A stretch of DNA of 64,000 nucleotides from an uncultured Bacillota bacterium (lineage in GTDB: Bacteria; Sysuimicrobiota; Sysuimicrobiia; Sysuimicrobiales; Segetimicrobiaceae), in contig CAWDRG010000020.1 of the NCBI GenBank assembly GCA_963804645.1, positions 13,279 to 77,278 on the forward strand, written 5' to 3'. The notes under the pieces were generated by a model. The model saw only the letters and a program-made list of their open reading frames with translations. It searched no databases and was not told the DNA's origin. Below are positions 1-10,053 of this stretch, piece after piece (the stretch's first letter is position 1; the number at the start of each line of letters is the position of its first letter). The position numbers and the translations under genes are program-made.

Positions 1-482
1 CGTCTTTGTCAAGAAGTAGACTCCCGAACGCGCTAGGTGAGATGCAATCCCGCTGCCTTCCGTCTTGCGCAGCTACGAGAAGGCGGCCCAGTTCTGCGAT
101 CAATGTCGTATATGGGCGCACAGATCGACTTACCCGTGACGTGCGCGCTTGGTCTTGTTTCTGGCGTCCTCTTGTTTGATGCCCGCTTCTTCCCAAGTTT
201 CTACCGTGACCATGGCGCCATGCACGGCGATTGTTCTTAGTTGCGACGGCTGCGTGGAAACACGCGTTGGTGGGCGGATAACATTCTTAGCTGAAGGGCT
301 TTCGGGATGTCCGTTAAGATTCGCGACGATGGATTCGTGGAGCACGGCAGCGGCGAATGTCCGGGAAATTCACGCTTCGACAGGCAGGGGTGAGCGCCCG
401 CTCACCTGCGGTGGGATCGTCTCCCAGGACCCATATTCTTGTACCTCGAAGGAGTGAGGGGCAGTAGGGAGGAGAATCCGCG

Positions 483-701
483 ATGAGATCATCCGGGGCA
501 TGGAAGAGCAGTGCGCTACTCTTCGTGACCTCATTGCTCGTTGGGTCCCAAGTCAATGAGGTTCAGGCGCAACAGAATGCGATCACGGGGCCCGGAACGA
601 TCGGTGGCGCGGTTCGCTGGGCAAAGAAAGGCGCGGAGCCCACGTCCGGCCCAAACACCCGAACGCGGGGATGGTCAGCCCGCTCGGGCCGACCATCCTA
701 A
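483..701 (+). pseudogene. Probable 5' fragment of a secreted-protein gene
   Basis: Strong RBS (GGAGGAG) before ATG 483. Signal-peptide-like N-terminus ending VQA-QQ, then GPGTIGGAVRW. The frame then runs into the middle of the SDR sequence. Confidence 0.35.
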
Positions 702-1191
702 TCGATCCGGACGCCTGGCAGCGTGCGATGGCCGTGAACCTCGGGGTGGCGTTTGGGTGTATGAAGGCGGTTCTGCCCGGGATGCTCGCCCGGAGGTGGG
801 GACGGATCGTGAATCTCAGCACGGGCGCGGCGTCTGGCACCGGTATGTTCCGTGCCAATGCGTACTCGGTGAGCAAAGCGGCACTTGAAATGTTGACCGT
901 CAATCTTGCCGCGGAACTGGCCGGCACCGGGGTCACCGTCAACGCGGTCCGGCCCGGCGGTGTTGACACCGTCATGCACGCGGAAGTGCGGGACAGCGAT
1001 CCGGCCGTGATGGGGAGGCAGTCGTGGCCCGGTTCCGCGCCGCGCACGCGGGTGGGCGATTGCTTCCTCCAGAATGGCCAGCGCAGTTAATTCTGCAGAT
1101 CCTTGCCGGCGATACGACCGGCGAAGTGATCGACATCAACGGCCCGCGCGGGCAGGCGCTGCTCGCCGCTCAGCTCCCAACCTCCGAATAG
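659..1191 (+). pseudogene. Short-chain dehydrogenase/reductase (SDR), N-terminally truncated and frameshifted
   Basis: NAG motif at ~662, GRIVNLST, catalytic YSVSK and VTVNAVRPG are present. The TGxxxGxG Rossmann motif is absent upstream. One missing G in the run at ~1012-1015 restores EAVVARFRAAH...TTGEVIDING to TAG 1189-1191. Confidence 0.7.
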
Positions 1192-1201
1192 GGCGCGCTT
1201 C

Positions 1202-1924
1202 ATGACGCCGTGTGGTCATCTTCGGCGCTCGCGTCGGCCCCCGGGTGCCGTCCCGATCTTCCAGCGTGTCCTCCGGCGATACCTGTGGACGGTCAGCGTG
1301 GGGCTCGTCCTGTTGGTTTTCGTCAGCGCTGCCGCGCCGTCGGACGTGTTGACCTTTCCAACCTCACAGGATGTGATCGACCGAATCTTGGCCGCGGCTC
1401 GCCGGGCAGACCTCACCTCGGTGGCGATGTTGATCAAGTTTCGCATCGGAGGGCCGGAGACAACACCGCCGGCGTGCGTGTTCCAGGGGGTGCTTCATGT
1501 GGCGCCCGATCATACGGCGTTGACATTGGCCCACTGGACGCCGAGTCCACTCTGTTGGACGCTCGAGCGGTATGTGCTTGGGCGCTTGTTCGCGGACCGC
1601 GATCACGTGAATACACTGCTTCCGTCGTTTCGGTTCGACGTGCTTGGCGAGAAGCTGGTGGACGACCATCCGTACTATCTGGTGTACGGTAGTGCGCTGA
1701 CGCCCCGAAGCGATCCCCAATGGATGATCGGATGGGTGGACTATGATCGGGGGCTCATCGTGGACGGCACCATTCAGTATGCGTGGGGGGCTGTGAACTT
1801 GATGCAGGACTATGGGCTGATCGACGGCGTGTGGGTGCTCGTGCATCAGGACATCGATGTGCCGAGGTTCACGGCGTCGCTCGAGATCTCCTACAGCGAG
1901 TATCAGTTTATGTCCCACCCCTAA
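1202..1924 (+). CDS. Hypothetical exported protein (beta-rich; start uncertain)
   Basis: 240-aa ORF with a hydrophobic signal/TM segment (YLWTVSVGLVLLVFVSAAA) and protein-like composition. No family recognised with confidence. Confidence 0.6.
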   Translation: MTPCGHLRRSRRPPGAVPIFQRVLRRYLWTVSVGLVLLVFVSAAAPSDVLTFPTSQDVIDRILAAARRADLTSVAMLIKFRIGGPETTPPACVFQGVLHVAPDHTALTLAHWTPSPLCWTLERYVLGRLFADRDHVNTLLPSFRFDVLGEKLVDDHPYYLVYGSALTPRSDPQWMIGWVDYDRGLIVDGTIQYAWGAVNLMQDYGLIDGVWVLVHQDIDVPRFTASLEISYSEYQFMSHP

Positions 1925-1988
1925 CGGTGGGGACGGATCGCTCGCTGCTGCCCGTGGCACCTACCGATGGCCGTGCCCGGCCGGCTCC

Positions 1989-2417
1989 CTAGCGCTCCGA
2001 GTCGTCGCGCGGGGGGATCGGTCCTGACGACGGCCCTTCGGTGCTGTCGCCCAATTCGGCAGCTTCCACCGGCGTCGCGGACATCAGTTCGGCCTTCGTC
2101 GCCTCCCACTCGTCCAGAAGGTCGACTTCGCTGGCGAATGCGCGGGCGGTGATCTGATTTCGAGCGGTATCTCGCCGGACGATGATCCCGAACGCATTCC
2201 GGACGGACGCCCAGTCTTCCTCGTCAATCTGGTCTCGCGCGACCGTTCCGTCTGCCTCCATCTGTTCCGTGAGACGCCCCGCGACATCCTCGCCGTCTCG
2301 AAGCAGCCCTGCCCACACGGTTCCCTCGAGGCTCGTGGTCTCTTCGTCGGCGTCGTCTTCCGCCAGCTCGTACAGGAGCTCCGTGAGCGGTGCGTCAATC
2401 TCGCGGCTAGTATCCAT
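1989..2417 (-). CDS. Acidic hypothetical protein (142 aa)
   Basis: RBS GGGAGGA before ATG (MDTSREIDAPL...). Very D/E-rich. The longer ORF in the track is only an antisense extension over mscL. Confidence 0.7.
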   Translation of the reverse strand: MDTSREIDAPLTELLYELAEDDADEETTSLEGTVWAGLLRDGEDVAGRLTEQMEADGTVARDQIDEEDWASVRNAFGIIVRRDTARNQITARAFASEVDLLDEWEATKAELMSATPVEAAELGDSTEGPSSGPIPPRDDSER

Positions 2418-2619
2418 CCTCAGTCCTCCCCAATGAGCTCGACGCGCGTGTTCGCTTCTACTTGGGGGAACGTCCGTCCTTGATGCGCGATGCCCGTTCG
2501 GGCGCCGCGGTTCTGCGCTTCGACGACGCGCACGGCCGCGGGAAGGGGTGGTGCGGCGCGCGTCCCGAAGTAGTCTCGCTGTGCTGTTGCGACGACGCGA
2601 CGTGCCGCGGAGGTGCACC

Positions 2620-3063
2620 GTGCTCAAGGAGTTTCGCCAGTTCGTGATGCGTGGCAACGTGGTCGATATCGCGATAGGTCTCGTCATCGGCGCGGCGTTC
2701 GGGAGGATTGTCACCTCCTTGGTCAACGACATCATCATGCCGCCGATCGGCCTGCTCTTGAAGGGCAGCGACTTCGCGAACCTGTTTATCTCGCTGCGGG
2801 GAGGCCCCTATGCGTCGCTCGCGGCCGCGAAGGCCGCCGGGGCACCCACGATCAACTACGGGCTGTTTTTGAACACGATCATCGACTTTCTGATCCTCGC
2901 CTTCGCCATCTTTCTCCTGATCCGTCAAATGAATCGCATGCAGCGGCCGCAAGCGGCTCCGGCGACGAAGGAGTGTCCGTACTGCCTCTCGGTCGTTCCG
3001 CTCAAGGCGACCCGCTGCGCGTACTGTACCGCGGATCTGCACACCGCCTCCGCGGGCTTGTAA
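2620..3063 (+). CDS. mscL: Large-conductance mechanosensitive channel with C-terminal CxxC...CxxC tail
   Basis: GGAGGT RBS then [46 protein letters not shown] and [13 protein letters not shown] are MscL signatures. Confidence 0.95.
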   Translation: MLKEFRQFVMRGNVVDIAIGLVIGAAFGRIVTSLVNDIIMPPIGLLLKGSDFANLFISLRGGPYASLAAAKAAGAPTINYGLFLNTIIDFLILAFAIFLLIRQMNRMQRPQAAPATKECPYCLSVVPLKATRCAYCTADLHTASAGL

Positions 3064-3615
3064 CTGCCGGGCCGGTGCGCTCCGCGCGCATCTCCTGCGA
3101 GGGAACAGGGGCTTGCGAGCGTGCTCGTGTCTTTCTCGCAGCGGGGCGGGTTCGCGTGCGTCGCTGCGGGGCGTGTCCCCGGTCGCCCCGCCGCGCGCGG
3201 GCGTGCCCGGGTTCGGTGACGGTGCATCTGCCGCAGGACGCCCGAATGGCTCTGCGCGGTGGGCCGTATCGTCCGGGGGGGCCGCGGGATCCGCGTCGGC
3301 GCCGGATGTCGGGACCGCGGTCAGTCTGACCACGACCTCCGGGGGCAGGGACGCGCTGTCGGCCGCGGGTCCGGTGAACACGACGTGGCCCCGTATCGGG
3401 GTGACGTCCACGTAATCTCGGCCGCCCGCCACCTGCACGTAGCGGTCGTCGATCGCGCCTCCGGTCGTCGGATCGAACCCCACCCACCCGTCGCGCCGAT
3501 GCCAGATTTCGCGAAGCAGGGACTGGACCATCTGACCCAGGCGTGTGAGGTCCTGCCGCTCGAATCGGCGGAAGAACGAGACCACGTCGGTGTAGTGCCG
3601 GCGAACAGACGGCAT
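3064..3615 (-). CDS. Possible hypothetical protein, 3' end unresolved
   Basis: The first ~100 codons (MPSVRRHYTDVVSFF...PEVVVRL) look protein-like, followed by a Pro/Ala-rich tail. There is no in-frame stop before mscL. Confidence 0.35.
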
Positions 3616-3834
3616 CGGCGGTGTTGAGCCCGGCCCCGAGCAGACGAAGGTCTCATCGAATCGATCGAGGGGCGGCGGATACCGCGAAACGGGTCCCAGC
3701 CTGGGGTGGACGACGGGAGCGCCACGCGGGTTCGTTCGAGATCGCGACAGCCCACGCCTGCCGCCGGGCGCGGGAGCGAGTGCGCGGGCCCGCCCGGCGC
3801 AAAATCTCGTCGAACGCGCTCCCGATACATGCGC

Positions 3835-3899
3835 TTGACGTGCCGTTTACTGCACGGTTACAGGATCTTCAACGCAGCGACAACCTCCGCGTCTAGTAT
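3835..3899 (+). promoter_or_regulatory. 11-nt periodic direct repeats plus putative -10 (TAGTAT)
   Basis: TTGAC 3835, TTTAC 3846, GTTAC 3857, TTCAA 3868; TAGTAT at 3894-3899, upstream of the 3999 ORF. Confidence 0.4.
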
Positions 3900-3998
3900 G
3901 TGTGGTGTCGCGGAGGACGCGTTCGGGAGGGTTCCCCGCGGGTCGGAGTGGTTCGCAAGAGGCACGTGCACAACACATCGTTGGAGGAGGCGATTGCA

Positions 3999-4196
3999 AT
4001 GGATCGGTTGCGGAAGGCAGTGTACGGCACGCTCGCAGTGTTGACGGCAGGCGCGGTCATGGCGATGGCGTCGGGGATCGCGATGGCGCAGGATACTGGC
4101 TCGTATGGCAACGGCAGCACCACCGCGACCGGCGGTGCGGATCTGAATCCCGCGTACCAGGTGGGGAACGCGCAGGGTGACGGCAGCGGCAAGTAG
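3999..4196 (+). CDS. Small secreted protein (65 aa)
   Basis: GGAGGAGG RBS; signal peptide ending AMA-QD; Gly/Asn/Thr-rich 35-aa mature part. Confidence 0.75.
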   Translation: MDRLRKAVYGTLAVLTAGAVMAMASGIAMAQDTGSYGNGSTTATGGADLNPAYQVGNAQGDGSGK

Positions 4197-4480
4197 TGTG
4201 GTCGGACGGCCGCGGTGCCGACCGGGCCGGCCGCGAGTCTGAACGGAGTGCAGCCGGGCGAGGCTGGTCACCTCGCCCGGCCGTGCTGTGCCCGCGCATA
4301 TCGCGCGTCGCCCCCCGCGCCTGCGGCGCGCCGATCCACGCCGGCTTGGGTCGCCGGCACGCACGCCACGCGGCAATGCAGGACCTCCGCGGCACAACAC
4401 GGAACCGGCTACGTGCCCCGCCGTCGCGACGACGCGATGATGACGCCGCGTCGGGGACGCCGAGAGCGGAGGTCGTCTCC

Positions 4481-5665
4481 GTGCGGATCACACGGCTCGA
4501 CGCGATTCCCGTGGCAGTTCCCGATCCGCCCCTGCGCAACTCGTGGGGGGTCCACGCGCCCTCGTTCCTGCGCACGATCCTGCGCCTGCACACGGATGAC
4601 GGCCTCGTGGGGCTGAGCGAGACGTACGGTCCGGACGTCGTGACGCCGACGCAGATCGAGCGGGTGCGTCAGGTGGTGGTCGGAGGGCGTCCCGAGGACA
4701 CGCAGCGGTTTGCGTACCGCCTTCGATGGCCCGAGATCGCCGGCGCGATCGAGGTCGCCTGTCTCGATCTGCTCGGCCGCGCCGCGGGACGGCGCGTGTG
4801 CGACCTGCTCGGGGGTCCGGTCCGGGACCGCGTCTCCTACGGCGCGTATCTGTTTTTCAAGTTCGCCGCGGAGGATGCGTGGGGCGAGGTGGGATCGCCG
4901 GACCAGATGGTGGCCCTGGCCGAACGCTTCGTCGAGCGGTTCGGGTTTACCACGCTGAAGGTCAAGGGCGGGGTGCTGCCGCCCTTGCAGGAAGTGGAGA
5001 CCATGGTCCTGCTCCGGCGCCGGTTCGGCGTGGGATACCCGCTGCGCCTTGACCCGAATGCCGTGTGGTCGGTGGAGACGAGCCTGCGGGTCGCGTACGA
5101 GCTCGAGCGGGCCGGCGTATGGCTGGAGTTCTTGGAGGACCCCACGAGCGGCATCGCGGGCATGGCGCGGGTGCGGGAGCGCATCACCCTGCCGCTGGCG
5201 ACCAACATGTGCGTGACGAACTGGGACGAGATCGCGCCGGCCGTCGAAGCTGGGGCCGTCGACGTAGTGCTGGCGGACCACCACGGCTGGGGCGGACTGC
5301 GGGCGTGCCAAGAACTTGGACGACTCTGCGCGACGTTTCGCTGGGGCGTCGGCATGCACTCCAACAGCCATCTCGGCATTTCCATGGCGGCGATGACGCA
5401 TCTCGCGAGCGTCGTGCCCACGCTGATCGCGGCGTCGGACACGCATTACCCATGGCTCGCTGACGACGTGATCACGCGCCCGTTCGTCTTCAAAGACGGC
5501 ACCCTTGCGCTTCCCGAGGGACCGGGACTGGGCGTGGACCTCGATGAGGAGCGCGTGGCGCAATACCACGAGGCATACGAGCGGGGCGCCGTACGCCAGC
5601 GTGACGATACCGCCGAGCTCGTGAAGCGCGACCCCGGGTGGCTGCCAATCAAACCCCGCTGGTAA
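4481..5665 (+). CDS. Glucarate-dehydratase-like enolase superfamily enzyme
   Basis: GGAGGT RBS + GTG; YLFFK, KVKGG, LRLDPN, EDP, ATNM, DHHGWGG, MHSNSHLGIS and DTHYPW motifs. Confidence 0.9.
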   Translation: MRITRLDAIPVAVPDPPLRNSWGVHAPSFLRTILRLHTDDGLVGLSETYGPDVVTPTQIERVRQVVVGGRPEDTQRFAYRLRWPEIAGAIEVACLDLLGRAAGRRVCDLLGGPVRDRVSYGAYLFFKFAAEDAWGEVGSPDQMVALAERFVERFGFTTLKVKGGVLPPLQEVETMVLLRRRFGVGYPLRLDPNAVWSVETSLRVAYELERAGVWLEFLEDPTSGIAGMARVRERITLPLATNMCVTNWDEIAPAVEAGAVDVVLADHHGWGGLRACQELGRLCATFRWGVGMHSNSHLGISMAAMTHLASVVPTLIAASDTHYPWLADDVITRPFVFKDGTLALPEGPGLGVDLDEERVAQYHEAYERGAVRQRDDTAELVKRDPGWLPIKPRW

Positions 5666-5837
5666 ATTGGCCGACGCGCCAGTGAGACTCCCGCAGCACC
5701 GGGCGGGGCTCGTGCATCCGGTGCGGTGGGTGCCGCATCGATATCATGATCGGATCGAATGGACGAAGGGTCGCGCACGGTCCACTACTAACGCGCAGGC
5801 GCTGACGGAACGAGAGCCTGCCGAAGGAGGAGTTGCG

Positions 5838-7766
5838 ATGGGTATGCGGATCGACCGCCGTGGGTTTCTCCGGCTGTCCGCCCTCGCTACTGCCGGAGCC
5901 GTCTCGACGATCTACTTCCCGACCAACGGGGCGAAGCGCGCCCTGGCCGCGACCGCGTCGAAGTACCAGGAAGCGCCGATGCTGGCGGACCTGGTGAAGC
6001 AGGGGAAGCTCCCGCCGGTGGACCAGCGGCTACCCGCCTCAGAGGATGTCCTGGTCGTCCGCCCCATCGATGAGGTGGGAGAGTACGGCGGCGTGTGGCG
6101 GCTCGCGTGGAAGGGGCCCGCAGATTTTCACGCCTACGGACGCGAGAACTACGAGGCGGTGGTGCGCTGGCCGCGCAATCCGAAGGATCCGATCCAGCCG
6201 GGGCTCGCGAAGCGGTGGCAGTTCAGCGACGGCGGGAAGACGATTACGCTCTATTTCCGCAAGGGGCTGAAATGGTCGGACGGGCAGCCCTGGACCGTCG
6301 ACGACATCATCTTCTGGTGGGAAGACATCGAAACCAACAAGGAGCTGAACGCGGCGCCCCACACGGAGTGGGTCGTGAACGACCAGCCGATGACGCTGGA
6401 GAAGATCGACGACCTCACCATCAGCCTCAAGTTTGCCGCGCCGAACGGGATGGTGCTGTCGATGCTGGCGTTCCACGGAAACCAGTGGCCGCTCAACTTC
6501 GAGCGATTCGGCTTCTTCGTCCCGTCGCACTATCTCAAGCAGTACCATCCGAAGTACAACAAGACCATCACTGACTACAAGCTGTTCAACCAGATGGCCG
6601 ACGACCTCAACCCGGACCGGCCGTCGATGGCCCCGTGGCCGGTGTCGACGTACCGCCCGGGCGACGCCAAGCTCATCGCGTCGCGCAATCCCTACTACTG
6701 GAAGGTCGACCCCAAGGGGCAGCAGCTGCCCTACATCGATCGCCTCGAGCTGACGCTGGTCGAGAACAACGAGGCGGTGGCGAGCCAGGCGCTGACCTGT
6801 CAGATCGACATGCAGTACCGCGGCATGGATCTGAATAAGTTTCCGCTGTTCGTGTCGAAGGGCCAGGACTGCGCGTACCGCGTCGTCAAATGGCTCTCGG
6901 CGTCCGGCAGCCAGCTCCTCTTCTGGCCGAACCAGAGTTACGACGGGGACGATGTGCTTCGGAAGATCTTCCAGGACCGAAACTTCCGCATCGGGCTCTC
7001 GCTGGCGATCGACCGCAACAAGATCAATACCGTCGCGTACCTGGGGCAGGGACAGATCAACGCCCCCACGGTGGTGCCGGACTCGGCGTACTACCCAAAC
7101 AACGTGGCGAAGCTGTACCAAAACTACGACGTGCGCATGGCCGGGCAGTCGCTCGACAAGGCGGGGCTGAAGATGGGGCCGGACGGGAAGGTTCGCCTCA
7201 GGCCCGACGGAAAGCCGCTCGAGGTCGTGATCGAGACCCAGCTGCAGGGGGCGGACCTGGACGCGATCGAGCTGGTTGCGGCCGATTGGACCGCGCTGGG
7301 CGTCAAGACCGACATCAAGACGATGTCGCGAGACCTGTACTGGCCGCGGGCGACCGGCAATCAGGTCCAGATCGCGACGTGGAACGGCGACCGCGGGCTC
7401 GAGCCGTTCGTGGATCCGATCTACGTGTTCCCGTTCGACGAGCGGTCGTGGATGGCTCCGGCGTTCGGGGTGTACTACAAGACCAACGGGGCGAAGGGTG
7501 AGAAGCCGGTCGGGTCGCTGGCCCAGGCCCAAGCGCTGTACGACCAGTTCCGGGGCACGGTCGACCGGGGCAAGCAGGTCGCGATCGGCAAACAGCTAAT
7601 TCAGATGGCGGTTGAGGAAGTGACGACGATCTGCACCGTCGGGCTGGTTCCCGTGCCGCTGATCGTCGACAATCGGATGAAGAACGTGCCGGACCACTAC
7701 GTGCAGGACTGGATCATCTTTTCGCCGGGCAATCTGGATCCATGCCACTTCTTCTATAAGGCATAG
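5838..7766 (+). CDS. ABC transporter substrate-binding protein, family 5 (sugar/oligosaccharide-type), Tat signal
   Basis: DRRGFLR twin-arginine motif; EAPMLADLVKQGKLPPVDQRLP, GLKWSDGQPWTVDD and RNPYYWKVDPKGQQLPYID. Confidence 0.92.
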   Translation: MGMRIDRRGFLRLSALATAGAVSTIYFPTNGAKRALAATASKYQEAPMLADLVKQGKLPPVDQRLPASEDVLVVRPIDEVGEYGGVWRLAWKGPADFHAYGRENYEAVVRWPRNPKDPIQPGLAKRWQFSDGGKTITLYFRKGLKWSDGQPWTVDDIIFWWEDIETNKELNAAPHTEWVVNDQPMTLEKIDDLTISLKFAAPNGMVLSMLAFHGNQWPLNFERFGFFVPSHYLKQYHPKYNKTITDYKLFNQMADDLNPDRPSMAPWPVSTYRPGDAKLIASRNPYYWKVDPKGQQLPYIDRLELTLVENNEAVASQALTCQIDMQYRGMDLNKFPLFVSKGQDCAYRVVKWLSASGSQLLFWPNQSYDGDDVLRKIFQDRNFRIGLSLAIDRNKINTVAYLGQGQINAPTVVPDSAYYPNNVAKLYQNYDVRMAGQSLDKAGLKMGPDGKVRLRPDGKPLEVVIETQLQGADLDAIELVAADWTALGVKTDIKTMSRDLYWPRATGNQVQIATWNGDRGLEPFVDPIYVFPFDERSWMAPAFGVYYKTNGAKGEKPVGSLAQAQALYDQFRGTVDRGKQVAIGKQLIQMAVEEVTTICTVGLVPVPLIVDNRMKNVPDHYVQDWIIFSPGNLDPCHFFYKA

Positions 7767-7853
7767 CCGAGAGATCGGCGGAGCGGTAGGCGGGCGGCGC
7801 CGGGACGCGCCGCCTGCGCATCGCGCCCCGCGCTGGAGCAGGGAGGAACTGGG

Positions 7854-8837
7854 ATGACCAGGTATGTCGTCCGGCGTCTCCTGGCCATGATCCCGACACT
7901 CTTTCTGGTGTCGATTGCCTGCTTCATTATCATTCAGTTGCCGCCTGGAGATTTCGTGACCTCGCTGGCGGCGCAGACGGCGGGCTCAGGATCGAGCGCA
8001 GATCAGGCGACGCTGGACAACCTGCGCCATCAGTACGGCCTCGATCAGCCCAAATACATCCGCTACATCAAGTGGGTCTCCGGATTCGCGCACGGCGACT
8101 TCGGCTACTCGTTCGAATGGAAGCGGCCGGTCGCCCAGTTGATCGGGGACCGGCTCGGGCTCACGCTGCTGCTCTCCACGTTGTCCCTCGCGCTGACGTG
8201 GCTGATTGCGGTGCCCGTCGGCGTCTACTCGGCGACGCACCGGTACTCGGGCCTGGACCACGCGCTGACGGCCTTCGCGTTCCTCGGGCTGTCCATCCCC
8301 GATTTCCTGCTGGGATTGATGTACCTGGCGATCGGCATCTTCGTCTTCCAAATGTCGGCCACCGGCCTCGTGTCGCCGCGGTTCGCGGACGCGCCCTGGT
8401 CGTTCGCCAAGCTCGCCGATGTGGCGAACCATCTCCTGTGGCCGTCGATCATCCTCGGCCTGGGCGGCATGACGCAGCTGATTCGCATTCTCCGCGGCAG
8501 CATGCTTGAGGTGACCAACCAGCAGTTCGTCACCACCGCCCGCGCCAAAGGCCTGGACGAGCGGGTGGTGATTCACAAACACGCGCTGAAGGTAGCAATC
8601 AATCCGCTGGTGAGCGTGATGGGCCTGCAGTTGCCGCAGTTGATCTCGGGCGCCACGATCCTTGGGATCGTGCTGTCGATGCCGACGACCGGCCCCATGT
8701 TCGTGCGTGCGCTGATCAGTCAGGATATGTATCTCGCCGGGACGTTTCTGCTGTTTCTGGCGCTGATGCTGATGATGGGCAATCTGCTGGCCGATGTGGC
8801 CCTGGCGTGGATCGATCCCCGGATTCGTTACCAATGA
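7854..8837 (+). CDS. ABC permease, OppB/DppB-like
   Basis: IIQLPPGDF; EAA-loop region FVTTARAKGL; ends IDPRIRY. Confidence 0.93.
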   Translation: MTRYVVRRLLAMIPTLFLVSIACFIIIQLPPGDFVTSLAAQTAGSGSSADQATLDNLRHQYGLDQPKYIRYIKWVSGFAHGDFGYSFEWKRPVAQLIGDRLGLTLLLSTLSLALTWLIAVPVGVYSATHRYSGLDHALTAFAFLGLSIPDFLLGLMYLAIGIFVFQMSATGLVSPRFADAPWSFAKLADVANHLLWPSIILGLGGMTQLIRILRGSMLEVTNQQFVTTARAKGLDERVVIHKHALKVAINPLVSVMGLQLPQLISGATILGIVLSMPTTGPMFVRALISQDMYLAGTFLLFLALMLMMGNLLADVALAWIDPRIRYQ

Positions 8838-9985
8838 GCGTCGTCGGGAAACCCACTGCCTCGACGGTCCCCGCCGGGATGCCGGCGGCGGTCGCGTCGG
8901 CGTCCGATGCCGGCCGGGGGGTCGTTCGCACGCGGGGGCAGCTCATGTGGCGGCGGTTTCTCCGCAACCGCGCCGCCGTCGTCGGCGGCATCGTCGTGCT
9001 CGCGTTCTATGCCACCGCGCTGTTCGCCAACTTCGTGGCTCCCTACGGCCTCGATCAGCGGTTCATCGAGTACCTGTACGCGCCGCCGCAGGCCCTGCAC
9101 GTCGATGTCCGGACCGGGCTCTACGTCTATGGCCTGCAGCGCCACGTGAATCCCGATACGCTCCTGACGACATACACCCTCGACCGCAGCCGGAAGCTGC
9201 CGGTGCGCTTCTTCGTGCGTGGCGAGCCATACGTGCTGGCCGGCGTGCTGCCGTCCGATGTGCACCTGTTCGGGGTCGACGCCGCGGACATGGGCGTGTT
9301 TCCGCTCGGCACCGACCGGCAGGGACGCGACATGCTGTCGCGCATCCTCATCGGCAGCCAGATGTCCTTGACGATTGGCCTGGTGGGCGTGTTCCTCAGC
9401 CTGATCATCGGGTCGGTGCTCGGGGTGTTCTCCGGGTACTACGGCGGCTGGATCGACGAGGTCGTGCAGCGCCTGATCGAGGTCATCCGGTCATTCCCCG
9501 CGATCCCGTTGTGGATGGCGCTCAGCGCCGCGCTGCCGCAGTCGTGGTCCCCCGTCAGCGTGTACTTCGCGATTACGGTGATCTTGTCGGTGATCGGATG
9601 GACGTGGCTGGCCCGGCAGCTGCGGGGGAAGGTCCTGGCCTTGCGCGAGGAAGAATTCGTCACCGCGGCGCGCGTCATGGGAGCGAGCGACGGCCGCATC
9701 ATTTTTAGGCATCTGCTGCCGCAGGTGTTCGGACACATCGTCGTCATCGCCACACTCGCGCTGCCGGGCATGATCCTCGCCGAGACGGCCCTCTCGTTTC
9801 TGAACCTCGGGCTGCGGCCGCCGCTGACGAGTTGGGGCGTCCTCCTGCAGGAGGCGCAGAATCTGGAGAGCCTGCGGAACTTTCCCTGGCTGCTGATGCC
9901 CGCGGCGTTCATTTCCGCGGCCGTGCTGGCGTTCAACTTCTTCGGGGACGGCCTCCGAGACGCGGCCGACCCGCGCGCGGCGTAG
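8834..9985 (+). CDS. ABC permease, OppC/DppC-like
   Basis: ATGA overlap with upstream stop; LGTDRQGRDMLSR, EEFVTAAR and GDGLRDAADP. Confidence 0.93.
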   Translation: MSVVGKPTASTVPAGMPAAVASASDAGRGVVRTRGQLMWRRFLRNRAAVVGGIVVLAFYATALFANFVAPYGLDQRFIEYLYAPPQALHVDVRTGLYVYGLQRHVNPDTLLTTYTLDRSRKLPVRFFVRGEPYVLAGVLPSDVHLFGVDAADMGVFPLGTDRQGRDMLSRILIGSQMSLTIGLVGVFLSLIIGSVLGVFSGYYGGWIDEVVQRLIEVIRSFPAIPLWMALSAALPQSWSPVSVYFAITVILSVIGWTWLARQLRGKVLALREEEFVTAARVMGASDGRIIFRHLLPQVFGHIVVIATLALPGMILAETALSFLNLGLRPPLTSWGVLLQEAQNLESLRNFPWLLMPAAFISAAVLAFNFFGDGLRDAADPRAA

Positions 9986-10053
9986 CGCACGACCCGCGGG
10001 CGCGGCCCGCGCGGAGACCATTCCGGGCCGCGCCGGCCCACGGGGGGGAGCGC

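Noticed and set aside
1..480. Short ORFs at the window start
   Set aside because: No RBS-supported, protein-like ORF; probably the end of an upstream gene plus intergenic DNA.
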